Below, in pieces: positions 6,024 through 13,353 of a DNA stretch of 13,353 nucleotides. The stretch comes from a virus (taxonomy: Duplodnaviria; Heunggongvirae; Uroviricota; Caudoviricetes), in IMG/VR virus record IMGVR_UViG_3300017987_000047. One strand, written 5' to 3'. The notes under the pieces were generated by a model. The model made no database searches, had not been told where the DNA came from, and was given only the letters and a program-made list of their open reading frames with translations. The position numbers were made by a program, and so were the translations under genes. Within the stretch, counting starts at the first letter, position 1; the number at the start of each line of letters is the position of its first letter.

Positions 6024-6455
6024 ATGGAAACATCAAGGTGTCGGAAATCATTCTTCATTTTAACTTTTCTCTTCTTATCTTTATTGGGGATAGGGGTTTT
6101 GAAGGGCGTTTTTGGGTTATATCTTCTCTATGGGGGTATTGCTTTCGCTCCGGGCTTCATTATAGTTCTCATATCTTGGGGTATGAGTCTACAAAGGCTT
6201 CGGAAAGAGGAATTAGTTATTAATATGGATTCTGAGGCTAAGTGTGCTTCTTGTGATTCTATTTTGGGAAAGGGTGTAACTCGTTGTTGGCATTGCGATA
6301 AGGCATTGGAAAGGGGGATTCCTAGTTATCAACCGGACTATCAAAAACGTCCCCCGGAGACTGAATCTCAAAGACCTTTGGAAGTTAAGGTTATAGACTC
6401 TTCTCAGGAGCTTGCGAACTTTCGTAAATCATATCGAAAGGTTTTCAGGAAGTAA
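6024..6455 (+). CDS. Membrane protein with two hydrophobic helices and a CxxC-x10-CxxC zinc-ribbon-like segment
   Basis: AGGAGG RBS (GTG 6021 or ATG 6024); hydrophobic FFILTFLFLSLLGIG and IAFAPGFIIVLISW; CASC...CWHC. Confidence 0.8.
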   Translation: METSRCRKSFFILTFLFLSLLGIGVLKGVFGLYLLYGGIAFAPGFIIVLISWGMSLQRLRKEELVINMDSEAKCASCDSILGKGVTRCWHCDKALERGIPSYQPDYQKRPPETESQRPLEVKVIDSSQELANFRKSYRKVFRK

Positions 6456-6482
6456 TTTACCATTTAAGGTATTGAAGCTATC

Positions 6483-6497
6483 TTTCAGGGTATAAAT
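6483..6497 (+). promoter_or_regulatory. Possible class I promoter (TTTCA-NNN-TATAAA)
   Basis: tttcagggtataaat aligns with the copies at 6726, 7226, 8278 and 10992; intergenic, upstream of ATG 6526. Confidence 0.4.
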
Positions 6498-6525
6498 CAT
6501 TTACAAAGGCAAAAAAGGATTTAAG

Positions 6526-6693
6526 ATGTCAACTAAACTACTGATTTGGAATATTGCTTTATTAGGTTTTGTGTTAACAACAATTCTGCTCACTAGGAAC
6601 TTTTTGGGCTTACTTGCGCTATTTCTTGTTTCTTGGAATGGGGATGATACTTGTCCTAAATGCGGTTATAAGTTTGAGGAGACTGAGGAATAG
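6526..6693 (+). CDS. 55-aa membrane microprotein with CPKCG motif (not in ORF track)
   Basis: MSTKLLIWNIALLGFVLTTILLTRNFLGLLALFLVSWNGDDTCPKCGYKFEETEE; fills the intergenic gap; AAGGA upstream. Confidence 0.7.
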   Translation: MSTKLLIWNIALLGFVLTTILLTRNFLGLLALFLVSWNGDDTCPKCGYKFEETEE

Positions 6694-6714
6694 GATTTTA
6701 TAGGATCATTCTTA

Positions 6715-6740
6715 TTACTTAATGGTTTCATAATATAAAG
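6715..6740 (+). promoter_or_regulatory. Class I promoter
   Basis: ttact-N11-taatataaa, with the same spacing as the copies at 7215 and 8267. Confidence 0.65.
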
Positions 6741-6780
6741 GTTACTATTGGGAGATTTTTACTCTTACGAGGGATTTGGG

Positions 6781-7086
6781 ATGAAACATTTTTCTGATTT
6801 TGACTCAAAGTCTCTTGTAGGGTCTTCTGATCTTGTGAAATGTTCTCGCTGTGGCTCTCCACGGATTGTGGAATTTAGCGGTCGTTGCAAGGACATGTGC
6901 ACGATTCAGTTTCATGGGGCCACTCTCAACAACGGGACGGATACTTACGAGGGCTATCCTGTGATTTTGGGAAAAGGGGATAACTTAGAGGTATCGATTT
7001 GTATTGAGTGTGGGCAGGTGCAGGGATTCGACTGGCCTCTCGACCCTGAATACTATGATTTCCTCACAACCCCAGAATCCGAATAA
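6781..7086 (+). CDS. Cys-rich putative Zn-binding protein, paralogue of 12622-12873
   Basis: Start re-assigned to ATG 6781 (GAGG upstream). CxRCGSxRI...CxDxC...G(K/G)GD...ICxECGQVQ is shared with the paralogue. Confidence 0.85.
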   Translation: MKHFSDFDSKSLVGSSDLVKCSRCGSPRIVEFSGRCKDMCTIQFHGATLNNGTDTYEGYPVILGKGDNLEVSICIECGQVQGFDWPLDPEYYDFLTTPESE

Positions 7087-7138
7087 AAAAAAGAGAGGAG
7101 AAGGTGGGATTCTGAATGGGGTCTCACCTTTTTCTCTT
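7085..7138. terminator. Long hairpin, likely bidirectional intrinsic terminator
   Basis: 7093-7113 pairs with 7118-7138 (aaggtgggattc / gggtctcacctt core, with G-U pairs); A-run at 7085-7092 and T-run at 7129-7133. Confidence 0.7.
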
Positions 7139-7214
7139 GATCCTTATCATAAGGTCGGCGAGAGTTATGGCTTCTCTCGTTGAAGGGTTACTAAAAACTT
7201 AAATTTCTTACTTT

Positions 7215-7312
7215 TTACATAAGGGTTACGTAATATAAAAAGTAACCAATGGGGGCTTTTACCTGCTCTCTTGGTCTTTTGCGCTTTTTACTCTGAGGAG
7301 GGCTTTGAGATG
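7215..7312 (+). promoter_or_regulatory. Class I promoter, leader hairpin and RBS module
   Basis: ttaca-N11-taatataaa; hairpin ccaatgggggc...gctctcttgg (7246-7274); gaggagggctttgagATG. Confidence 0.65.
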
Positions 7313-7609
7313 TCGAATCTGACATGGGAAGAATTCAAGGCGGAGTGGATGGACGACCATGATCCGGAGGGCTGGGACTACTACGTCTACAAGTTCCACG
7401 AGGGTGGAAAGCTGCCTTGCTGGCTCTATACCTTGATTGAGAAGATTCGTTTCCCTTTCCGCATGGCATGGCAATTCGTGCTTATGAAGCGGTGCGAGCG
7501 GGAGGGACATCATCTCGTCGATGACGGGAGCTGGGCGAATCCTGAGAGTGGTGGAGACGCTTACCGCTGCACTCGGTGCGGCGAATCTTGGCGACACGTT
7601 TACTACTAG
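7310..7609 (+). CDS. Hypothetical protein with C-x3-GH...CxRC putative Zn site
   Basis: Start re-assigned to ATG 7310 after GAGGAG; CEREGH...CTRCG near the C-terminus. Confidence 0.82.
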   Translation: MSNLTWEEFKAEWMDDHDPEGWDYYVYKFHEGGKLPCWLYTLIEKIRFPFRMAWQFVLMKRCEREGHHLVDDGSWANPESGGDAYRCTRCGESWRHVYY

Positions 7610-7655
7610 GTCGCCTTTACCCCTTGGTTGGGGGATTTTTGCTTGGAGGTGTGTT

Positions 7656-8216
7656 ATGGAATCGACTTCTCGCGGTCAAGGCCGCACGATCATGTTCATC
7701 GACAACAGCTACGTCTTCAGCGGGATGCTTTCCGCTGGGTGGCGTTTTTCTTGGGAGAAGCTGCTCAACCATCTCGAGGGTGAGGGGGAGATTTGGCAAA
7801 CTCATTTCTTCGCCTCGGAGCATGTCCCTCCGAAGGAGAACCAGCGCAACTTCTTCAACATGCTCTCCTACAACCTCGATTTCGAGCTGCACCTCACGAG
7901 CACTCGTCAACGTCAAGTCAAGCTTGGGGATGAGTCGAAAACGATCTTCCTTGACAAGGGGCTGGACGTGCAGTTGGTCACTTGGATGATGATCCTGCTG
8001 CGCAACCAGGCATTTGACACGGTGATCCTGCTCAGTGGGGATGGCGATCTTTGCGAGGCTGTGCGGGAAGTCAAGCGCACTGGCTGCAAGGTCGAGGTTG
8101 TGGGGTGGCGCAATTCGGTCGCTCGGGAATTGAATGACCTTTCTTCTCGCCGGCCTGTGCTCTATCTCGACGACATCCGCGAGCAGATCGAGAAGGACGA
8201 GGATCACCAGCTCTAG
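7656..8216 (+). CDS. NYN / LabA-DUF88-type PIN-like ribonuclease
   Basis: ATG 7656 after GGAGG. Motifs IMFIDNSY, DKGLDVQL, VILLSGDGDL, GCKVEVVGW and ARELNDLS match the NYN pattern (FIDxxN...KGVDVxL...LxSGDGDF...GxxVxV...SxxL). Confidence 0.9.
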   Translation: MESTSRGQGRTIMFIDNSYVFSGMLSAGWRFSWEKLLNHLEGEGEIWQTHFFASEHVPPKENQRNFFNMLSYNLDFELHLTSTRQRQVKLGDESKTIFLDKGLDVQLVTWMMILLRNQAFDTVILLSGDGDLCEAVREVKRTGCKVEVVGWRNSVARELNDLSSRRPVLYLDDIREQIEKDEDHQL

Positions 8217-8230
8217 GTCTACGGGGAAAG

Positions 8231-8258
8231 GGGGAGTCCTTCGGGGCTCCCCTTTTTT
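8231..8258 (+). terminator. Rho-independent terminator
   Basis: ggggagtcc-ttcg-gggctcccc followed by tttttt, just after the NYN stop codon. Confidence 0.92.
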
Positions 8259-8266
8259 CTTTCTAA

Positions 8267-8351
8267 TTACTAGGGTATTTCATAGTATAAATAATAGCTG
8301 GGGGGACTACTCCCGGCAAGTATTGCCCTTATCAGAGGAGAGCTTGAGATG
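8267..8351 (+). promoter_or_regulatory. Class I promoter, leader hairpin and RBS module
   Basis: 8274-8298 matches 10988-11012 at 24/25; hairpin at 8297-8317; 8331-8353 matches 11051-11073 at 22/23. Confidence 0.8.
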
Positions 8352-8600
8352 AGGACACTATTCGAGCGGGTGCGGCAGGAATTGTTCGCCCTTGGATTCT
8401 CGGAAGTCGATGAGGAGTCTTACTTCTCTGATGGGAATGACCAGTTCGAGGCGACCAAGGACGGGGTTGTGTACTGCTTCTCCTGTTATTGGCAGGACTT
8501 CGTGCTGGATGGCCCCAATGTTCTGCATTGGGGGGAGGGCACAATCACTTTCCGCTGGCAAGACGAACCTGGAAAGGGTGTTTGGGCGGTCACAGAATAA
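8349..8600 (+). CDS. Acidic hypothetical protein, 83 aa
   Basis: GAGGAG RBS; first gene after the conserved leader. Confidence 0.8.
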   Translation: MRTLFERVRQELFALGFSEVDEESYFSDGNDQFEATKDGVVYCFSCYWQDFVLDGPNVLHWGEGTITFRWQDEPGKGVWAVTE

Positions 8601-8605
8601 GGTAT

Positions 8606-8679
<74 letters not shown>

Positions 8680-8710
8680 TTTTCCCCCAAAACATTTACG
8701 GAGTTAAAAA

Positions 8711-8926
8711 ATGGGATCCAAGCTTGACCAACTGGCTGAGATCGAGGGAATGGGAGTTATGGAGATGCTCGAGATGGGCACCTACGACTCTGTTTGCCCT
8801 GGTATCTGCACAAACCCTGATTGTTCCTATACGGTCGAGGTTGAGCCGGATTGTGATTCCGGGTATTGTGAGGAATGTCAGACCAATACGGTTAAGTCCG
8901 CTTTGAGTCTTGCGGGCATCATTTAA
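8711..8926 (+). CDS. Small Cys-rich putative Zn-binding protein
   Basis: GGAG RBS; DSVCPGICTNPDC...EPD...GYCEEC...SAL..AGII pattern, recalled from phage/mobile-element hypothetical proteins but not verified by search. Confidence 0.85.
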   Translation: MGSKLDQLAEIEGMGVMEMLEMGTYDSVCPGICTNPDCSYTVEVEPDCDSGYCEECQTNTVKSALSLAGII

Positions 8927-8959
8927 CCGAGATCCGCCACGATTTCAGGAGGGAATCCG

Positions 8960-9217
8960 ATGCAACGTCCCTATAAGGTCAAAGTTGTGTGGCTTGATTC
9001 CAAAGAGACTGCAACGGGCGCGGTCGTTGGTCAAAATAAAGATAATCTCGTGATTGTCTTCGACCACGAAGAGGGCGAAGAGTACGAGTTTGAGCGCCTT
9101 GATCATTCTCAAAGGCCACCGGCAGCGGAAAGCGATGTTCTCTGGTATGAAATCAACAACTCCTCGGATCTTGTCGAGATCAAAAGGGTACTCCGCGATG
9201 AACGTGAAGGCGAGTAA
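8960..9217 (+). CDS. Hypothetical protein, 85 aa
   Basis: AGGAGG RBS; beta-rich, acidic; no recognised domain. Confidence 0.8.
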   Translation: MQRPYKVKVVWLDSKETATGAVVGQNKDNLVIVFDHEEGEEYEFERLDHSQRPPAAESDVLWYEINNSSDLVEIKRVLRDEREGE

Positions 9218-9289
9218 AGCTTTCAAGGCGGCACTCGAATCTTGCAACTAACCAAAGCCCGAGATAGGTCCCTTTCTAAGGACTTTGAG

Positions 9290-9460
9290 ATGAACCCTTT
9301 TGAACCAGATGAGCTTGATCCTTCGTATCGTCCTCCGATACAACGGCCTTTCTCGCCGACTTCTAAGGATGAAGAGAAAAAGGAATCTTCGGATCTTCCT
9401 CTTTTCCTTGTGATTGGGGCGATTCTTGTGATCTTGATGGTTTTCGGGTCGGCTTTTTAG
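9290..9460 (+). CDS. 56-aa protein with C-terminal transmembrane anchor
   Basis: Start re-assigned to ATG 9290 (aggactttgagATG, same context as 7310, 8349 and 11069); ends LPLFLVIGAILVILMVFGSAF. Confidence 0.75.
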   Translation: MNPFEPDELDPSYRPPIQRPFSPTSKDEEKKESSDLPLFLVIGAILVILMVFGSAF

Positions 9461-9469
9461 GAGACCTGC

Positions 9470-9919
9470 ATGAGCGTTAACATCGAACCAGAAGACAATT
9501 GCCGGTTTTGTGAGAAGCATGGCACGGTCCAATATGAGACCTATTCTTGTATGTGTGCCGATTTTGGTCCGGAAGCCATGAAGGAATGTCTTGAATGTAA
9601 GGGTACGGGGGAAGTAAAGTTCCCTAAGTATCCTCATTCGGTCAATCTTTCTAATGGAAATTGGCATACCCTTCATTCTGCGCTTGCCCTCCCGGGGGAT
9701 TCTTGCTGCGGATCGGTAGAGGCCGATTTTCTCATCACACAAATCAGATCGACCCCAGCGGAACTTGGGGTGCGGGCGGGGAGCGACTCTCAAGAACCTG
9801 GGAAAGCCCGAGTAATCTCGCTTGGTATTGATGAGTCCTATGTAGAAACCCGGTTTATCGCTCTTTTTGCTATTGCTAACGAAGCCAAGCGGCGAAAAGT
9901 TCTCGTAACCTGGGGATAG
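9470..9919 (+). CDS. Hypothetical protein with N-terminal Cys cluster (CxxC...CxC...CxxCxGxG)
   Basis: AGGAG RBS; CLECKGTG is a DnaJ-type CxxCxGxG zinc motif. Confidence 0.82.
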   Translation: MSVNIEPEDNCRFCEKHGTVQYETYSCMCADFGPEAMKECLECKGTGEVKFPKYPHSVNLSNGNWHTLHSALALPGDSCCGSVEADFLITQIRSTPAELGVRAGSDSQEPGKARVISLGIDESYVETRFIALFAIANEAKRRKVLVTWG

Positions 9920-9939
9920 CCCCTCTGCCACAAAGTAAA

Positions 9940-10113
9940 ATGAATTTCAAAACATCCCTCGTACTTCTTTTCATCTACAATATTTTCCGTGGGTCCCTTG
10001 CTACCTATGCTTCTGGAGACATGTCGTTCATGTTTATCTGCTCCATATGCGGCGCTATAGGTCTTGGGATGATCATCGGCGAGAAGAAAGCAGAGGACGA
10101 AAAGTCCTCGTAA
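9940..10113 (+). CDS. 57-aa membrane microprotein (not in ORF track)
   Basis: MNFKTSLVLLFIYNIFRGSLATYASGDMSFMFICSICGAIGLGMIIGEKKAEDEKSS; two hydrophobic segments; fills the gap. Confidence 0.7.
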   Translation: MNFKTSLVLLFIYNIFRGSLATYASGDMSFMFICSICGAIGLGMIIGEKKAEDEKSS

Positions 10114-10132
10114 CCTGGTTCAGTTACACTTT

Positions 10133-10333
10133 ATGAAAGGAATAGCAATGCTTGACCACATCCGCCTTCTCCTGGCTCTTCTTGTGTACCATACCCTTTC
10201 GGCCCTGTTCTTGCTCGGCGCTGGGGGTTCGGTTTCTCACATCATCCTTGCTTGGGTCGCGTTTTCGGTTGGCCTTTTCCTGCTTGGGTTGGCCTCTGCA
10301 TGGGAGGATCGAAAGCTTGTCCAAGTAAGCTAG
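10133..10333 (+). CDS. 66-aa membrane microprotein with two hydrophobic helices
   Basis: Strongly hydrophobic; an alternative start at ATG 10148 follows AAGGA. Confidence 0.75.
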   Translation: MKGIAMLDHIRLLLALLVYHTLSALFLLGAGGSVSHIILAWVAFSVGLFLLGLASAWEDRKLVQVS

Positions 10334-10340
10334 GTTATTA

Positions 10341-10413
10341 GGGTGTGTAGCTCAGTTGGTAGAGCAACGGCCTTTTAAGCCGTAGGCCCTGGGTTCGAGT
10401 CCCAGCGCACCCA
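10341..10413 (+). tRNA. tRNA-Lys: tRNA-Lys (TTT), no encoded CCA
   Basis: gggtgtg/cgcaccc acceptor stem; acggc-cttttaa-gccgt anticodon arm (TTT at 10374-10376); ctggg-ttcgagt-cccag T arm. Confidence 0.95.
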
Positions 10414-10463
10414 TCGCTAGGTTCGGGTTTCGAGTTTTGTATTTCATTTGCAAGGAGAGCAAG

Positions 10464-10571
10464 ATGAAGCGTTCCTCCGGAGCTTCCCGTAAGCAAGTTC
10501 GGCAGCATCGTCGTGATCAGCGGGTCAAGCGTACCAGGGAAAGGGTTGCCCTGAAGCGTCAGAAGAGTTAG
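10464..10571 (+). CDS. 35-aa Arg/Lys-rich peptide (not in ORF track)
   Basis: AAGGAG RBS; MKRSSGASRKQVRQHRRDQRVKRTRERVALKRQKS; 10 Arg and 5 Lys against 2 acidic residues. Confidence 0.7.
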   Translation: MKRSSGASRKQVRQHRRDQRVKRTRERVALKRQKS

Positions 10572-10585
10572 CCCTCAGAGGGCAA

Positions 10586-10659
10586 GGGCCGATAGCTCAA
10601 TTGGTTAGAGCGCTTCCCTCATAAGGAAGATGTTCTGGGTTCAAGTCCCAGTCGGCCCA
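10586..10659 (+). tRNA. tRNA with CAT anticodon, probably Ile2 (lysidine-modified); elongator Met not excluded; no encoded CCA
   Basis: gggccga/tcggccc acceptor stem with C4:G69 and C5:G68 (TilS determinants in E. coli); CAT at 10620-10622; paired 1:72, so not an initiator. Confidence 0.9.
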
Positions 10660-10692
10660 TCCCTTTTTCCTCCTTCTTTCAGGACAAAGCCA

Positions 10693-10965
10693 ATGCAATT
10701 CAAAAAAGAGTATCTCGAAGATAAAGATGGTAAACGGGTATTCCGTATTTATACGGACACCTATGGCAGAACCCTTGCGTTCCTCGAAACACTCGCGACA
10801 GAGATCAAGAAGAGTTTCCCTCCGCTTCATCCAGAAGACCTCGCTGTTGTGAAATATGGGGGAACCCGTAACCGCCAGATCTATGGAATCGAATTCTTCC
10901 CCCCAACTGATGTTGTGCCTTCTGGTTGGGAAAGGGTATCACAATTTGACCCCCACATCTCGTAA
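10693..10965 (+). CDS. Hypothetical protein, 90 aa
   Basis: Start re-assigned to ATG 10693 after AGGA, because the track start lies inside the tRNA; VVKYGG...GIEF motif. Confidence 0.82.
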   Translation: MQFKKEYLEDKDGKRVFRIYTDTYGRTLAFLETLATEIKKSFPPLHPEDLAVVKYGGTRNRQIYGIEFFPPTDVVPSGWERVSQFDPHIS

Positions 10966-10987
10966 GGCATTTCTTTCCAAGCACCAA

Positions 10988-11071
10988 GGTATTTCATAAT
11001 ATAAATAATAGCCAAGGGGACTGCCCCGTTCTTTTGGGCGTATTTTCTACATCAGAGGAGAGTTTGAGATG
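10988..11071 (+). promoter_or_regulatory. Class I promoter, leader hairpin and RBS module
   Basis: Near-identical to the 8274 module at both ends; gggg-actg-cccc hairpin at 11016-11027. Confidence 0.8.
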
Positions 11072-11398
11072 AGTCAGCCCTTTGAATCGAATCCTGCGAC
11101 CCCTGAACAAATTAAGGGTTTGATTGATTCCTGCGACGGAAAGATCGTCGATTGGAAGGATCCCCAGCTGTGCCGCGTACTCCGGTTGCGGTTGCTTTCT
11201 GATCCGGGCTTTCCCGCCTGGGATGTTAGCTACTGTTATGGGGAACTGAAGGATGGGACTGTCGTGAAGGTCGAACTTCCCTTCAGTCAACTCCTGAAAA
11301 GGGAATCGATCAACTCTCAAATCGTGCGCTTCGCGAAGAAAGACGGCGTTTTCGCGAAAGGTCTTGAAATCTTTGGTGCGATTTCCACTCTTAACTAA
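11069..11398 (+). CDS. Hypothetical protein, 109 aa
   Basis: GAGGAG RBS; RLRLLSDPGFP.WDVSYCYG motif recalled from phage hypothetical proteins (unverified). Confidence 0.85.
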   Translation: MSQPFESNPATPEQIKGLIDSCDGKIVDWKDPQLCRVLRLRLLSDPGFPAWDVSYCYGELKDGTVVKVELPFSQLLKRESINSQIVRFAKKDGVFAKGLEIFGAISTLN

Positions 11399-11411
11399 GG
11401 GGTTTGACTCC

Positions 11412-11579
11412 ATGAAACCGATCAATCCCAACGAACCCAAAATCAAGTGCCCACATTGCGGAGTTACTGAGATGCCTCCCGGGTGGTCGGATGCTTCCCT
11501 AGTCGAGGACCTCTTAGACCTCAAGGCTCTCCGGGACGAAGGCGTGATTATCTGTGATGCCTGTGCGAACAAGCCCTGA
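11412..11579 (+). CDS. 55-aa CxxC...CxxC putative Zn-ribbon microprotein
   Basis: Start re-assigned to ATG 11412 after AAGGGG; CPHC...CDAC. Confidence 0.78.
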   Translation: MKPINPNEPKIKCPHCGVTEMPPGWSDASLVEDLLDLKALRDEGVIICDACANKP

Positions 11580-11636
11580 AATCTCTTTTTCCGATTCAGG
11601 CCCTAAGAGGCCGAACCCTTCAACCCCAGGGATAAG

Positions 11637-11936
11637 ATGAAGCTGATCCAAAAAAACCTCTATAACCAGAACCAGAGCTGGAATTATCTTGAGATCATCG
11701 AAGATACTCATGGTAACCGACTCCGGATCTCGGTACGGCGCAATGCCTATGAAGAACAGTCCCACGCAAAAGTCGAACGCTGGGATGGGAATCAGTGGCA
11801 ATTCGTAACCTCGATCCCAATCACTGAGTGCGCCTGTTATGACATCTCTTATGTGACCAAGGACCCAGACCAAACACTCTTTGAGCAGGATGCTGTAATG
11901 CTTCGGCTTTATGCGGAAGCGATCTGCAAGCCCTAG
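11637..11936 (+). CDS. Hypothetical protein, 99 aa
   Basis: AGGG RBS; RNAY..QS.A.VERWDG..W segment; no assignable function. Confidence 0.82.
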   Translation: MKLIQKNLYNQNQSWNYLEIIEDTHGNRLRISVRRNAYEEQSHAKVERWDGNQWQFVTSIPITECACYDISYVTKDPDQTLFEQDAVMLRLYAEAICKP

Positions 11937-11960
11937 AGAAACCCAAAAAAGGAGAGAGAC

Positions 11961-12107
11961 ATGGACCGCGAAGCCCTCAAAGAAGCCTTTCAAGAATACG
12001 TGGGGTGGATGTTGCCCGGCAAGAAGGAGTTGAAGGAGATGGCCTTCGCTGTCGGATACGTCTCCCTAATCTATCTCCTGCTCTGGGTTGCTTCCCTCTT
12101 CCTCTAA
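11961..12107 (+). CDS. 48-aa single-TM microprotein (not in ORF track)
   Basis: AAGGAG RBS; MDREALKEAFQEYVGWMLPGKKELKEMAFAVGYVSLIYLLLWVASLFL. Confidence 0.75.
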   Translation: MDREALKEAFQEYVGWMLPGKKELKEMAFAVGYVSLIYLLLWVASLFL

Positions 12108-12129
12108 ACACCTAAACACCCTTTTCCCT

Positions 12130-12342
12130 ATGATCATTCAATTAAGTTGTGGGAAGAAAGCTGTATCCTCTTTCAGCGAAGCTTCTAAAGAAGCCTGTGC
12201 CGATCGGGATAAAAACGGTTTTGGAGCCCGTGATCTGCCAAAACGGTGGGGGGATGTGACTGACACTGATGGCACCCCCCTCGGCCAGGTTAGTTATAAT
12301 GGTCGGGTCTGGGACATTGCCAACAACGAAATCCCCACCTAG
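12130..12342 (+). CDS. Hypothetical protein with SYNGRVW motif, 70 aa
   Basis: ATG 12130 preferred over the upstream TTG. GQVSYNGRVW is recalled as a recurrent motif in small phage proteins (unverified). Confidence 0.75.
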   Translation: MIIQLSCGKKAVSSFSEASKEACADRDKNGFGARDLPKRWGDVTDTDGTPLGQVSYNGRVWDIANNEIPT

Positions 12343-12350
12343 GAGATCAA

Positions 12351-12482
12351 GTGTCCGAGATCCTCATCTTCCTCCTCTTCTTTGCGATCCCGATTTATTT
12401 CGGAACTTGGGTACTTTGTGCCCTCTCAAAAGGAGTCCACCATGAGCCGTCGACGCTACAATCCACCCGAATCCCCAATTAA
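12351..12482 (+). CDS. 43-aa single-TM microprotein (not in ORF track)
   Basis: AGGAG then GTG; MSEILIFLLFFAIPIYFGTWVLCALSKG...; overlaps the next ORF by 41 nt. Confidence 0.55.
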   Translation: MSEILIFLLFFAIPIYFGTWVLCALSKGVHHEPSTLQSTRIPN

Positions 12483-12552
12483 CCCCATCCCCGGAATCCT
12501 GACCATGCTCGGTTTGCTTCTCGCGATCGGCCTTCTCATCTGGATCTTCTAA
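12442..12552 (+). CDS. 36-aa single-TM microprotein (not in ORF track)
   Basis: AGGAG at 12431; MSRRRYNPPESPINPIPGILTMLGLLLAIGLLIWIF. Confidence 0.7.
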   Translation: MSRRRYNPPESPINPIPGILTMLGLLLAIGLLIWIF

Positions 12553-12621
12553 CCCCGGAACTTAAAAGACAAAACGCAACCCGGGATTAAAACGAACAAC
12601 CTGCTTTTTGGAGTACATCTT

Positions 12622-12873
12622 ATGCCTTGTCTTCGCTGTGGCTCGCACCGTATCGCCGACATTAACGCAAAATGCTCGGATCTTTGTTTCGTTTCCATCC
12701 CCGGATTCTCGGAACACGATGGATACGTTCCCTCCTTCCTAGGCGGCGGAGATTATGTGAGGCTCGATATCTGTCTCGAATGCGGACAAGTGCAACAGAA
12801 CTTCCCCGTCACCGACGAGGATCTCGAAGAGTCCGGCGATTTCAAGAAAGCAGTTGAGACCGAGCTTCCCTAA
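12622..12873 (+). CDS. Cys-rich putative Zn-binding protein, paralogue of 6781-7086
   Basis: GGAG RBS; CLRCGSHRI...CSDLC...GGGD...ICLECGQVQ. Confidence 0.87.
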   Translation: MPCLRCGSHRIADINAKCSDLCFVSIPGFSEHDGYVPSFLGGGDYVRLDICLECGQVQQNFPVTDEDLEESGDFKKAVETELP

Positions 12874-13285
12874 AACTCACATCTCAAAACAGAACCCGCC
12901 CTAAATAGAATATTGGGGGGTGGTGATCGGTTTTGGACAGGGCAACGGCTATCTCTCTCTCCTCTTAGCCAAGCCCAACTCAATGTCCATGGGGTTTCCG
13001 ATTGCCACCCCCTCCATTTTGCCTACCGCATCCCTAGATTCTGAAACTCCCCCTCTAAAATTAAAAGACCCAAATCTAAAGATCGCCGCTAATTCTAATA
13101 TTAAAGTTTTGAGATGTCAAATCAGCCCCCGGAATTTAATCTCAAAACTTTAATATCCTATCCCTAAACTAAACCTACTAAACCCTAGAGATAGATATTC
13201 CAGTATAAGAGATACTTTCTATTACACCGATCTTTCTCTGAATCCTTTATATCCCGTCTTTCGATGAAACCCATTTAAAACAAGC

Positions 13286-13313
13286 AAAAAGAAAAGGGAG
13301 CCTTTCAGCTCCC
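13286..13313 (-). terminator. Rho-independent terminator for convergent transcription from beyond the window
   Basis: On the minus strand: gggagc-tgaaag-gctccc followed by ttttcttttt. Confidence 0.75.
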
Positions 13314-13353
13314 TCCCCTTTCGAAAACCTATCTCAACCTCTTATTTGAGATT

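Noticed and set aside
10994-11993. Minus-strand ORFs 10994-11572 and 11514-11993
   Set aside because: Antisense to a tight plus-strand operon driven by a conserved promoter/RBS module.
12920-13153. Plus-strand 77-aa ORF from the track, and a minus-strand frame ending MEGVAIGNPMDIELGLAKRRER
   Set aside because: Low-complexity composition, no clear RBS/start pairing and no motif; not supportable from sequence alone.

Overview
Gene-dense, almost entirely plus-strand block of small ORFs, most consistent with the accessory/early region of a large bacteriophage with a bacterial host. This is an inference: there are Shine-Dalgarno sites, intrinsic terminators, a bacterial-type initiator tRNA and many short orphan ORFs, but no capsid, terminase or polymerase gene to prove it. 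The AT-rich left part (1-~7200) holds four paralogous Cys-rich 19-residue leucine-rich-repeat (LRR) genes, two of them frameshifted, and eight other small genes. All twelve share one ~18-aa terminal motif, consensus S-L-L-T-H-x-N-P-x-V-R-x-x-A-K-E, C-terminal in the small proteins and N-terminal in the LRR proteins. This shared tag is the strongest candidate for an undescribed system. A 650-bp non-coding gap (3512-4160) with inverted repeats, short tandem repeats and an apparent strand-skew change splits the tagged genes into two related clusters. The GC-richer right part (~7300-12870) holds an NYN/LabA PIN-like ribonuclease, three CCA-less tRNAs (fMet, Lys-UUU, probable Ile2-CAU), many Cys-rich and single-TM microproteins, a 35-aa Arg/Lys-rich peptide, and a repeated promoter-hairpin-RBS module. 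Several starts in the ORF track were re-assigned and several small ORFs it missed were added.
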